Shown: in pieces, positions 31,552 to 39,071 of the stretch
Position numbering within the stretch: the first letter of the stretch is position 1
Layout: each line of letters starts with the position of its first letter
DNA from: an uncultured Solirubrobacterales bacterium
GTDB lineage: Bacteria > Actinomycetota > Thermoleophilia > Solirubrobacterales > Solirubrobacteraceae
Direction: 5' to 3'
NCBI GenBank assembly: GCA_963795525.1
Contig: CAWCIA010000004.1
Coordinates: 108,989-172,988 of the forward strand
DNA: 64,000 nt
Made by a program: the position numbers and the translations under genes
Notes under the pieces: model-generated
Databases searched by the model: none
Seen by the model: only the letters and a program-made list of their open reading frames with translations
What the model was told of the DNA's origin: nothing

Positions 31552-31679
31552 GGGGCGGGCATAAACGTGGGCAACCCCTGTTGCTGTGGAGGGGCGGGCG
31601 CGTTGCTGCCCGGTTGGCGGACGTAGACGCGCTCACCCCCTGTGTTGCAATAAGGGTTGCCAACGTTTATGACCGCCCC
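31552..31679. repeat. 128-nt long imperfect inverted repeat (33-nt arms, 62-nt spacer) with AT-rich cores
   Basis: Left arm GGGGCGGGCATAAACGTGGGCAACCCCTGTTGC. Right arm GCAATAAGGGTTGCCAACGTTTATGACCGCCCC. 29 of 33 positions are complementary, and the spacer itself is partly self-complementary. Confidence 0.7.
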
Positions 31680-31753
31680 ACCGCCCCACCGGGCCGCGGG
31701 CGCCGCTGGGCGCGTATAGCCGCGGCCCCACCCATCCGGATAGCGTCCCACCG

Positions 31754-33439
31754 ATGGCGGTCCCCAACCCCAACTCCAACCCCCAGCCCCAGCCCCAGCC
31801 CGCGCCCCAGCCCGAGCCCGAGCCCGAGCCGCTCGCGCGCCCCGCGCGTCCGTATCCGGAGCCTGCGCTCGGCGGTTGGGGCGACGCGGCGAAGGTTCCC
31901 GAGCTCTCCGACGCCGTCCGGGCGCTTCTCCGGGATGGGCTCGGCGTAGTCGACGCGCCCGCGCCGGCGCCGAGCCCCGCCGACATCTCGCTGCCGGACA
32001 TCCGCCTGAGCGACCCCCAGATGGCGGCTCTCGCACAAGCCGTGGGCCAGGACAACCTCGCCGCCGACCAGGCGTCACGACTCGCCCACACGCTCGGCCG
32101 CTCGACCCCCGACCTGCTCCGCCTCCGAGCCGGCGACGCGGCCGCCGCCCCCGACGCCGTCGTCTATCCCGGCACCCACGACGAGGTGCTCGCGCTGCTC
32201 GGGCTCTGCACCCGGGAGCGGATCGCCGTCGTGCCCTACGGCGGCGGCACCTCGGTCGTCGGCGGCCTCGAGCCGGAAGCTCAGGGCTTCGCCGGCCTCA
32301 TCGCCCTCGACCTGCGGCGGTTCGACGCGCTCGTCTCGCTCGACGAGACCTCGCGGCTCGCCGTCGCTCAGCCTGGGCTCCGTGGGCCGGAGGCCGAGCA
32401 GCTCCTGGCCGACCGCGGCTTCACGCTCGGTCATTTTCCCCAGTCCTTCGAATACGCCTCGCTCGGCGGGTTCGCCGCCGCGCGCTCGAGCGGCCAGACC
32501 TCGGCCGGCTACGGTCGCTTCGACGAGCTCGTCATGGCCCTCCGCGTGGCCACGCCGACGGGTACGGTCAGGACCGGCCGGGCGCCCCGCACGGCGGCGG
32601 GCCCGGACCTGCGCCAACTCTTCCTCGGTTCGGAGGGCACGCTCGGCGTCATCACCGAGCTCACCCTCCAGATACGGCCCGCGCCCGCGGAGCGGATCTA
32701 CGAAGGCTGGCGCTTCGACTCGTTCGCCGACGGCATCGACGCGCTGCGGGCCCTCGCCCAGGACGGGCCCCACCCGACGGTGCTACGTCTCTCGGACGAG
32801 GCGGAGACAGCGCTCAACCTCACGCGCCCCGGCGAGGCGGCGAGCGCGGGCGGTGGCGGCGCGCTTGCCATCGTCGGCTACGAGGGCAGCCGCGAGGACG
32901 TCGAGCAACGGCAGACGGACGTGGCACGCGTGCTCGAGCGCCGCAATGCCCGCTACGACGAGGTCGCCGGGGAGCATTGGGTGGCCGAGCGCTACCGCGG
33001 CCCGTACCTCCGCGATGCGCTCCTCGGCGCCGGTGCGCTGGTCGAGACGCTCGAGACCGCCTGCTTCTGGTCCTCGGTTGACCGCCTGTATGCCGACGTG
33101 AGTGCCGCGCTGCGCGCCTCGCTGACCGCCCAGGAATCCCCGCCCGTCATCCTCTGCCACGTCTCCCACGTGTATCCCGCCGGGGCCTCGCTCTACTTCA
33201 CCGTGGGCTGCGCACAGCGCGCCGATCCGGTCGCGCAGTGGCGCGCGGCCAAGGACGCGGCGAGCGCGGCGATCCTCGAGGCCGGCGGATCGATCACCCA
33301 CCATCACGGCGTCGGGCGCGATCATCGCGAGCCCTATCTGCGCGAGGTCGGCTCGCTCGGGGCGCGGGCGCTGTGCGCGGTCAAGCGCGAGCTCGACCCA
33401 GCCGGGATCCTAAATCCGGGCGTGCTCCTGCCGCTGTAG
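31754..33439 (+). CDS. FAD-linked oxidase (FAD_binding_4; alkyl-DHAP-synthase/GlcD-like) with a low-complexity Pro-rich N-terminus
   Basis: 561 aa. VVPYGGGTSVVGG, GSEGTLGVITE, C-terminal HHHGVGRDH. N-terminal PNPNSNPQPQPQPAPQPEPEPEP. Confidence 0.85.
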   Translation: MAVPNPNSNPQPQPQPAPQPEPEPEPLARPARPYPEPALGGWGDAAKVPELSDAVRALLRDGLGVVDAPAPAPSPADISLPDIRLSDPQMAALAQAVGQDNLAADQASRLAHTLGRSTPDLLRLRAGDAAAAPDAVVYPGTHDEVLALLGLCTRERIAVVPYGGGTSVVGGLEPEAQGFAGLIALDLRRFDALVSLDETSRLAVAQPGLRGPEAEQLLADRGFTLGHFPQSFEYASLGGFAAARSSGQTSAGYGRFDELVMALRVATPTGTVRTGRAPRTAAGPDLRQLFLGSEGTLGVITELTLQIRPAPAERIYEGWRFDSFADGIDALRALAQDGPHPTVLRLSDEAETALNLTRPGEAASAGGGGALAIVGYEGSREDVEQRQTDVARVLERRNARYDEVAGEHWVAERYRGPYLRDALLGAGALVETLETACFWSSVDRLYADVSAALRASLTAQESPPVILCHVSHVYPAGASLYFTVGCAQRADPVAQWRAAKDAASAAILEAGGSITHHHGVGRDHREPYLREVGSLGARALCAVKRELDPAGILNPGVLLPL

Positions 33440-33473
33440 CCCTGAAACGGCCCCCGCGACGCGGGCGGCCGCC

Positions 33474-33583
33474 AGTCAGGCCCGGTCAGGCCGGTCAGGC
33501 CCGGTCGGGCCCGCGGTCAGGCCCGGTGAGGCCCAGTCAGGCCCGGTGAGGCCCAGTCAGGCCCGGTCAGGCCCGGTCAGGCC
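33474..33583. repeat. Tandem array of 11 copies of a roughly 10-bp unit RGTSAGGCCC
   Basis: Read directly: AGTCAGGCCC GGTCAGGCC GGTCAGGCCC GGTCGGGCCCGC GGTCAGGCCC GGTGAGGCCC AGTCAGGCCC GGTGAGGCCC AGTCAGGCCC GGTCAGGCCC GGTCAGGCC. The last unit contains the gpx stop codon. Confidence 0.95.
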
Positions 33584-34110
33584 AGCGCCGACTCGATCGC
33601 CTCGACGATCGCGGGATCCTCAGGCGTCGTCCGCGTCGCCCAGTGGGCGACGAGGCGGCCCTCGCCGTCCACGAGGTACTTGGTGAAGTTCCATGCCGGC
33701 GGCCCGGACTCGGGCTGTCGGGCGAGCTCATTCCAGAGCGGCGACGGCTCCGCGCGGACCGAGCCGGGCTCGGCGAGAGGGAAGCTCACGCCGTAGTTCT
33801 TCTGGCAGAACGCGCCGATCTCCTCGGCGTCGTCGAACTCCTGGCCGGCGAAGTCCGCCGAGGGGAAGCCGAGCATCTGCAGGCCGCGCTCGTGGTAGCG
33901 CTCGTAGAGGGTCTGCAGCCCGGCATACTGGGGCGTGAACCCGCATTTGCTGGCAGTGTTGACGATCAGCGTCGGCTTGCCGTGCAGGCTCGCCATGTCG
34001 AAGTCGCTGCCGTCGAGCAACTTGATCCGGTGCGCGTAGAGGTCGGTCGGCTCGTCCAACTTGGGGGCGGCGCGCTTGAGGTACATGCGCGCGGTGGAGA
34101 GGAGGCTCAT
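33577..34110 (-). CDS. Glutathione peroxidase (Cys-type)
   Basis: NTASKCGFTPQY, GFPSADFAGQE, WNFTKYLV. Start taken at MSLLS (34110); an upstream ATG at 34146 is also possible. Confidence 0.9.
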   Translation of the reverse strand: MSLLSTARMYLKRAAPKLDEPTDLYAHRIKLLDGSDFDMASLHGKPTLIVNTASKCGFTPQYAGLQTLYERYHERGLQMLGFPSADFAGQEFDDAEEIGAFCQKNYGVSFPLAEPGSVRAEPSPLWNELARQPESGPPAWNFTKYLVDGEGRLVAHWATRTTPEDPAIVEAIESALA

Positions 34111-34172
34111 GTCGGCAATATGACGCGAAGGCGCACGATCCGTCACGAGACCCCGTATATGCTCGCCGCCAC

Positions 34173-35384
34173 ATGTCTGCGGAAACCGACCAGGACGTCA
34201 TCAACGCGCTGGCCGAGCTCGTGGTTCGCTTCGGCGCCAACGTGCAGGAGGGCCAGGTCGTCGCCGTGTCATCCGAGCCGGGCAAGGAGACGCTCGTGCG
34301 GGCGGTGGCCGGGGCCGCCTACCGAGCCGGGGCGCGGTTCGTCGACGTCGCCACATTCGACTACCACGTCAAGCGGCTGCGGGCGCTCTACGCCGACCCG
34401 GACACCCTCGGATTCGTCCCCCCGTGGTACGGCGAGCGCGTCCGCATGCTCGGCGAGCTCCGCGGGGCCACGATCGCCCTCACCGGGCCCGTGGCGCCGC
34501 GGCTCATGCATGACGTCGATCCCGGGCGCCTCGGCCGCGACATGCTCCCGCGCGTGCGCGAGTCGATCCAGGTGGTCAACGACCGCACGGTCAACTGGAC
34601 GGTCGCTCCCTGCCCGACGCCCGGCTGGGCCGAACTCGTCTACCCGGACCTGACTCCCGGGGACGCGTTGGCCCAGCTGTGGGAGGAGATCGCCCACGTG
34701 TGTCGCCTCGACGAGCCCGACCCGGTGGCGGCGTGGAACGAGCGTCTGGACCGGCTCTCGCAGGTGGCGAAGCGCCTCGACCAGCTCTCCCTGCACGCCG
34801 TGCGCTTCGACGGCCCGGGCACCGAGCTGACGGTCGGGCTGTTCCGCTCGTGCCACTGGGAGGCGGCGCGCATCACCACGGTCGACGGCATTGTCCACGC
34901 CCCGAACATCCCGACCGAAGAGGTCTTCACGACCCCCGATCCCGAGCGGGTCGAGGGGCACGTCACCTCGACGAAGCCGCTCTTCACGTCGGGCGCCCTC
35001 GTCAGCGGCCTGCGCGTGCGCTTCGAGGGCGGGCGGGCGGTCGAGATCGAAGCCGACGAGGGAGCGGAAACGTTGAGGACGCTGTGCTCGCGGGACGAGG
35101 GGGCGGTGCGCCTCGGGGAGGTGGCGCTCGTCGATCGCGACAGTCGCATCGGCGGCCTCGGAACCGTGTTCTTCGACACCCTGCTCGACGAGAACGCCGC
35201 GAGCCACATCGCCCTCGGTCAGGGCTTTCCCTTTGCCGTAGGGGACGAGGACGACCGGGCCCGGCTCAACGACAGCGAGCTCCACATCGACTTCATGATC
35301 GGCTCCGACGACGTCGCGGTGACCGGTCTGCGTCAGGACGGAACCGAAGTACCGCTCCTGCGCGACGGCGCCTGGCAGATCTGA
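34173..35384 (+). CDS. M29-family aminopeptidase (AmpS/PepS-like)
   Basis: 403 aa. Family-typical segments TEEVFTTP, VRFEGGRAVE, NAASHIALG, HIDFMIG. Confidence 0.88.
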   Translation: MSAETDQDVINALAELVVRFGANVQEGQVVAVSSEPGKETLVRAVAGAAYRAGARFVDVATFDYHVKRLRALYADPDTLGFVPPWYGERVRMLGELRGATIALTGPVAPRLMHDVDPGRLGRDMLPRVRESIQVVNDRTVNWTVAPCPTPGWAELVYPDLTPGDALAQLWEEIAHVCRLDEPDPVAAWNERLDRLSQVAKRLDQLSLHAVRFDGPGTELTVGLFRSCHWEAARITTVDGIVHAPNIPTEEVFTTPDPERVEGHVTSTKPLFTSGALVSGLRVRFEGGRAVEIEADEGAETLRTLCSRDEGAVRLGEVALVDRDSRIGGLGTVFFDTLLDENAASHIALGQGFPFAVGDEDDRARLNDSELHIDFMIGSDDVAVTGLRQDGTEVPLLRDGAWQI

Positions 35385-35405
35385 GCGATACGCTGAGCCA
35401 TCCCC

Positions 35406-35495
35406 GGAGAGGTGCCGGAGCGGCTGAACGGGCGCGACTGGAAATCGCGTAACGGGGGTTGACCTCGTTCGGGGGTTCGAATCCCCCCCTCTCCG
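35406..35495 (+). tRNA. tRNA-Ser (anticodon GGA)
   Basis: Hand-folded. Acceptor GGAGAGG/CCTCTCC, D-arm CCG/CGG, anticodon stem CGCGA/TCGCG with loop CTGGAAA, long variable arm, T-arm GGGGG-TTCGAAT-CCCCC, discriminator G. Confidence 0.9.
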
Positions 35496-35504
35496 CTGGC
35501 CGGC

Positions 35505-35524
35505 CGGCTCGCTCCCGCGAGCCG
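35505..35524 (+). terminator. Hairpin immediately after tRNA-Ser(GGA)
   Basis: 8-bp stem CGGCTCGC / GCGAGCCG with loop TCCC. Confidence 0.35.
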
Positions 35525-35804
35525 CGACCGGCCCGGCGGCGATGTCGGCGCAAATGTCGGCGCTCAACCTCCCAGCGTCGCGGCTGTCACTCACCCCCCA
35601 AAACGGCTGTGGTCGGGCGAGTATCCCCCATTAACAGTCACACCGGTAACTGGATCAATACATCACGGGTCCTATTGGACGAGCGGGTTCCTTGCGGGGG
35701 CTTGTTGGTTGTTACATGAGCGGACCCAGGAGGTTGCGCTCAAACGCGGGCTGCATGTTGTGGACCGCTACCGCGAGGCGGCGTGACGATGACACCAACT
35801 CAAG

Positions 35805-36147
35805 GTGATCGTCGACGGGTTGATGTACGCCGAGCGGCTCTTCTGGGCGCCCCGGCGCATTCCTCGGGGCCCTCGTCTCTCCTTGCACGTCGCCGCGGAA
35901 CCATGCCCTGCACGGACACCGCACGCCCAACGATTCGGCCGGGCAGGCCGGGCAGGCCGAGCCGACCGGGCAGGCCGACGTTGGTATCTCCTACGGCGAC
36001 TATTACCTCATCGATGCACTCGAGCGCTACCTCCGTTTGACGGACCACACCCGAGGGCAAACCCCGCGCCCGGGTGGACAACACTGCATCTGTGCGCACG
36101 CCGAAAGGGAGCATCACGCGCTGCTCGTGGACGGCCAGAGCGCGTAA
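35805..36147 (+). pseudogene. Possible frame-disrupted remnant of a glycoside hydrolase-like gene
   Basis: One frame reads VIVDGLMYAERLFWA. A different frame reads DVGISYGDYYLIDALERYLRL followed by a stop at 36145-36147. The YGDYY..EAL..Y tail resembles the C-termini of GH88/GH105-type hydrolases. The two fragments are only about 55 codons apart and are out of frame. Confidence 0.25.
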
Positions 36148-36225
36148 CAGGTCGCTGGCAACTTGCGCAAAAGCGCGAGATTCGCTTGGCGAATCGAGTG
36201 CAAACGGATAGCATGCCACCCTGCC

Positions 36226-36759
36226 ATGAGGGCACTAAAGGGAACGCGGCCCGCTTTGCGGCTCGTCGAGGGGACGGCGAGCCCCGCACACGCATGGTCG
36301 TGGTTCTGCGGTCATTGTGCCGCTCCCGCTCCGGGCGGCCACGCTCCGGCGCCGAGCGCGAGGGTCTGTCGCTCGTGCGGACTCGGGCTCCTGCTCGAGA
36401 CTCGGGCCGACGTCGTCCCGAGCGAGCGCGACGCCTTCGTCGTCATCGACAGCGCGCTCCTCGTTCAGGCGATGTCGCGGCGGGCCCAGGCTCTCCTCGC
36501 TTTCAGCGAGGAAGAGGCGGTCAACCGCCCCATCTCGGAATTGCTCGTCACCGCCGACGCCGAGGTCCAGGGCAATCGACTGGCCGCGGCGATCGCCGGC
36601 GCCGCCGAAGGCAGCGGCGAGCCGGTGAGCACGTTCGTGCGCCCCTGGAACACCTTCGGTGTGCGGCTGCGGGCCCGCATCGCGCCATGCGGTCCCCCGC
36701 GCGCGGCCCTGCTCGTGCTCGGAGGCACCGGGCAGCGCCAGCTCCACGCCGTCGACTGA
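36226..36759 (+). CDS. Hypothetical protein: N-terminal CxxC...CxxC zinc-ribbon-like segment plus a PAS-like domain
   Basis: 177 aa from ATG 36226. FCGHC...CRSCG, then VVIDSALLVQAMSRRAQALLAFSEEEAVNRPISELL (PAS-like). High GC3. Confidence 0.5.
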   Translation: MRALKGTRPALRLVEGTASPAHAWSWFCGHCAAPAPGGHAPAPSARVCRSCGLGLLLETRADVVPSERDAFVVIDSALLVQAMSRRAQALLAFSEEEAVNRPISELLVTADAEVQGNRLAAAIAGAAEGSGEPVSTFVRPWNTFGVRLRARIAPCGPPRAALLVLGGTGQRQLHAVD

Positions 36760-36765
36760 CCTCGC

Positions 36766-38004
36766 CTAGCCCGACGCCGGCGGCAGAACAGCCGGAGCGC
36801 CCGACGCCACGAGTGCCTCGGGGAGCTTGACCGAGCCGTCGTCCTGCTGGCCGTTCTCCAGCAGCGCGATGATCGTGCGGCCGACGGCGATCGCCGTCCC
36901 GTTCAACGTGTGCACGTAAGCCGGCCGGGCCTCGGCGGCGGGCCGGTAGCGGATCTCGAGCCGCCGGGCCTGGTAGTCCGTGGTGTCCGAGCACGAGGTG
37001 AGCTCGCGGTAACGGCCCTGCCCCGGAAGCCAGGCCTCGCAGTCGTACTTCTTGGCCGCGGAGTTACCCAGGTCGGAGACGGCGATCGCCACCACCCGGT
37101 AGGGGATCTCGAGCGCGGTGAGGATCGACTCCTCGATGGCCAGGATCCGCTCGTGCTCCTCGGCCGCGGCTTCGGGGGTGACGAAGCAGAACATCTCGAC
37201 CTTGTCGAACTGGTGCACGCGGAAGATGCCGCGCGTGTCCTTCCCCGCCGCGCCTGCCTCGCGCCGGAAGCACGGGGAGTAGCCCGCGTAGCGCCGGGGG
37301 AGATCGTCGGCGGCGAGGATGTCCTCGGCGTGCAGCGAGGCCAGGGGCACCTCCGACGTGCCGACGAGGAACAGGTCGTCGTCGGCCAAGCGGTAGATCT
37401 GCTGCTCGGTGTCGGGCAGGAAGCCGGTGCCGTAGAGCGCGCGCTCCCGGACGAGCACGGGCGGGATGACCGGTTCGAATCCCTCGGCGCCCACCCGCTC
37501 GAGCGCGAAGCGAACGAGCGCGAGCTCGAGCAGGACGAGGTCGCCGCGCAGGTAAGCGAAGCGCGATCCCGAGACCACGGCCGCGTGCTCCATGTCGATG
37601 CGCGGGCCGGCGAGCTCGAGGTGGTCGCGTCCGGTCGCGCCGGGCGTGCCGCATTCGCGCAGGACGGTGTCCTCGTCCGGTGCGTCGGCAGCGGGAAGGC
37701 TCGGGAGCGCGGCCAGCTCGGCGTCGCGCCGGGCCCTCAGCTGTGCCTCGCGGTCGCTCAGCTCGCGCCCGCGCGCAGCCAGCTCGCCCAGCCTGGCCCG
37801 TTCTTCGTCGGTCGGCGGTCCCCGGCGACCCCTGCTCGCCTGGTTCTGCTCGGCCTGGAGCGCCTCGAGCTCGGTGCGGACGGCCCGCCAGCTCTCGTCG
37901 AGCTCGAGCACGCGGTCGACCGCCGCGGCGGCGTCGGGCCCGCGCCGGGCGAGCGCCCCGCGAACCAGGTCCGGCTCACGCCGGATGAGCTGGATGTCGA
38001 GCAT
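36766..38004 (-). CDS. serS: Serine--tRNA ligase
   Basis: 412 aa. MLDIQLIRREPD N-terminal coiled-coil arm and class II motifs FRREAG, TSEVPL, GRTIIALLENGQ. Confidence 0.97.
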   Translation of the reverse strand: MLDIQLIRREPDLVRGALARRGPDAAAAVDRVLELDESWRAVRTELEALQAEQNQASRGRRGPPTDEERARLGELAARGRELSDREAQLRARRDAELAALPSLPAADAPDEDTVLRECGTPGATGRDHLELAGPRIDMEHAAVVSGSRFAYLRGDLVLLELALVRFALERVGAEGFEPVIPPVLVRERALYGTGFLPDTEQQIYRLADDDLFLVGTSEVPLASLHAEDILAADDLPRRYAGYSPCFRREAGAAGKDTRGIFRVHQFDKVEMFCFVTPEAAAEEHERILAIEESILTALEIPYRVVAIAVSDLGNSAAKKYDCEAWLPGQGRYRELTSCSDTTDYQARRLEIRYRPAAEARPAYVHTLNGTAIAVGRTIIALLENGQQDDGSVKLPEALVASGAPAVLPPASG

Positions 38005-38020
38005 CGCGCCGCCCTCCCCC

Positions 38021-38509
38021 TTACGGGGTTGTCGTCGAGCCGCTCGAACCGACCGCGGCGACCTGCCCCGCCGTCGGAATCGTGCCGACGGACTCGTTTT
38101 TGCAGGGAGTCACTCCGGTCACCGGAGGCGCCTTGGTCCCCGCGTAGGTGGCGACGAACTTGGCCACCTCCTGCGCGCTCTGGCCCACGACGATGTTCTG
38201 CGGCATGATCGCGCCCGAGAACCCGCCGTTCTCGATCGCGTAGAGCACGCGCGAGACAGGACGCTCACAGCGAATGTCGAAATTCGGACCGTTGTTGTAC
38301 TGCGACGTCCGCACGTTGGCGGCCGATCCGTGTGTGCCGGCGGCCGAAAGCGTGTGGCAGCCCGAGCAGCGCTGCGAGAAGAGAACCGCGCCCTGGTACA
38401 GCGAGGAGGACTTCGGCACGCTGATCCTCTCGGTGCCGCACGCGCTGGCCGCGACGGCCACCACGACGGCCGCGAGGCAGCAGAGAGCGGGCTTGAGTGG
38501 GCGGCTCAT
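38021..38509 (-). CDS. c-type cytochrome lipoprotein (class I)
   Basis: Start at MSRPLK. Lipobox VAASAC, haem motif CSGCH, 162 aa. Ends 16 nt upstream of serS on the same strand. Confidence 0.8.
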   Translation of the reverse strand: MSRPLKPALCCLAAVVVAVAASACGTERISVPKSSSLYQGAVLFSQRCSGCHTLSAAGTHGSAANVRTSQYNNGPNFDIRCERPVSRVLYAIENGGFSGAIMPQNIVVGQSAQEVAKFVATYAGTKAPPVTGVTPCKNESVGTIPTAGQVAAVGSSGSTTTP

Positions 38510-38574
38510 GCGGGCGAAAGCATACGGAAATGAGCCGCCAGGCACGCTGCGCGAGATGGCAAGCTGACAGTGCC

Positions 38575-38934
38575 ATGACGCGCGCGCGGCTCTGCACGGT
38601 GCTTCTCCCCCTCGTCCTCGCGGCCTGCGGTCACACCACCCGCGTGGCGGGGAACCGCGCAGTCGAACTCGGGCTGAGCGAGTACCGGCTGACCCCGCAG
38701 CATGTGGAGGTGCACGCCGGAGAGCTCTCGATCCTCGCCCACAACTACGGTCGCCTCACCCACAACCTCGTTGTCACCTCCGGGCACCAGGCCCTGGCCA
38801 CGACGAAGCCCATCCCGCCGGGCCAGAACGCCTGGTTGTTCATCGACCTCTCCCCGGGCAGCTACGTGATGACCTCGAACCTCTTCAACGATCAGGCTCT
38901 CGGTGCCTACGGCACGCTCACCGTCACCGGCTGA
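38575..38934 (+). CDS. Cupredoxin-fold-like lipoprotein lacking a type-1 copper Cys ligand
   Basis: Start at MTRARLCTVLLPLVLAACG (lipobox LAAC). The beta-rich mature part EYRLTPQHVEVHAGELSILAHNYGRLTHNLVV...GSYVMTSNL resembles cupredoxin/EfeO-N-like domains. There is no Cys after the lipobox. Confidence 0.55.
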   Translation: MTRARLCTVLLPLVLAACGHTTRVAGNRAVELGLSEYRLTPQHVEVHAGELSILAHNYGRLTHNLVVTSGHQALATTKPIPPGQNAWLFIDLSPGSYVMTSNLFNDQALGAYGTLTVTG

Positions 38935-39071
38935 ATCTCAGGGAGGAGCCGGAGCGCCGACGGCGAAATGTGCCTCCGACCCCGGCGCTGGCCGACGAGA
39001 CGTTCGCCCGTTTTGACAACGCGATCGTCCCCGACGGCGGCAACCACGGCAGGCCGGCGCCGGGGCGCCCC

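Noticed and set aside
31423-31626. 67-aa ORF ending ...GINVGNPCCCGGAGALLPGWRT, with a similar INVGNPYC peptide on the opposite strand. It looked briefly like a pair of Cys-rich RiPP-type precursor peptides.
   Set aside because: The shared INVGNP.C peptide is an automatic consequence of the inverted repeat being read in equivalent frames. The minus-strand version has no nearby stop or start, there is no RBS, and no modifying-enzyme genes are adjacent. I treat it as non-coding structure.
33474-33583. Considered whether the 10-bp tandem array could be a degenerate CRISPR array or a hairpin terminator.
   Set aside because: The units are contiguous with no spacers, are far too short for CRISPR repeats, and no cas genes are present. 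The array has no dyad symmetry, so it cannot form a terminator hairpin.
35800-36219. 139-aa minus-strand ORF (MACYPFALDSPSES...) and the 95-aa ORF at 36008-36295 in the tRNA-Ser(GGA) flank.
   Set aside because: No motifs, no RBS, and third-position GC is no better than the competing plus-strand frames (both about 70-75% over the stretch I counted by hand, visibly lower than in the confident genes nearby). They overlap the hydrolase-like fragments. I regard them as shadow ORFs in decayed DNA.
37463-37476. GGTTCGAATCCCTC inside serS, matching the T-arm of tRNA-Ser(CGA) (GGGTTCGAATCCCTC). It was considered as a possible att-site direct repeat for an island at tRNA-Ser(GGA).
   Set aside because: The match is only about 14 nt and lies in frame inside a fully conserved serS coding region (the GFEPV segment). 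It matches the distant tRNA-Ser(CGA) T-arm rather than the neighbouring GGA tRNA, and it does not extend into the acceptor stem. This is most likely coincidence.
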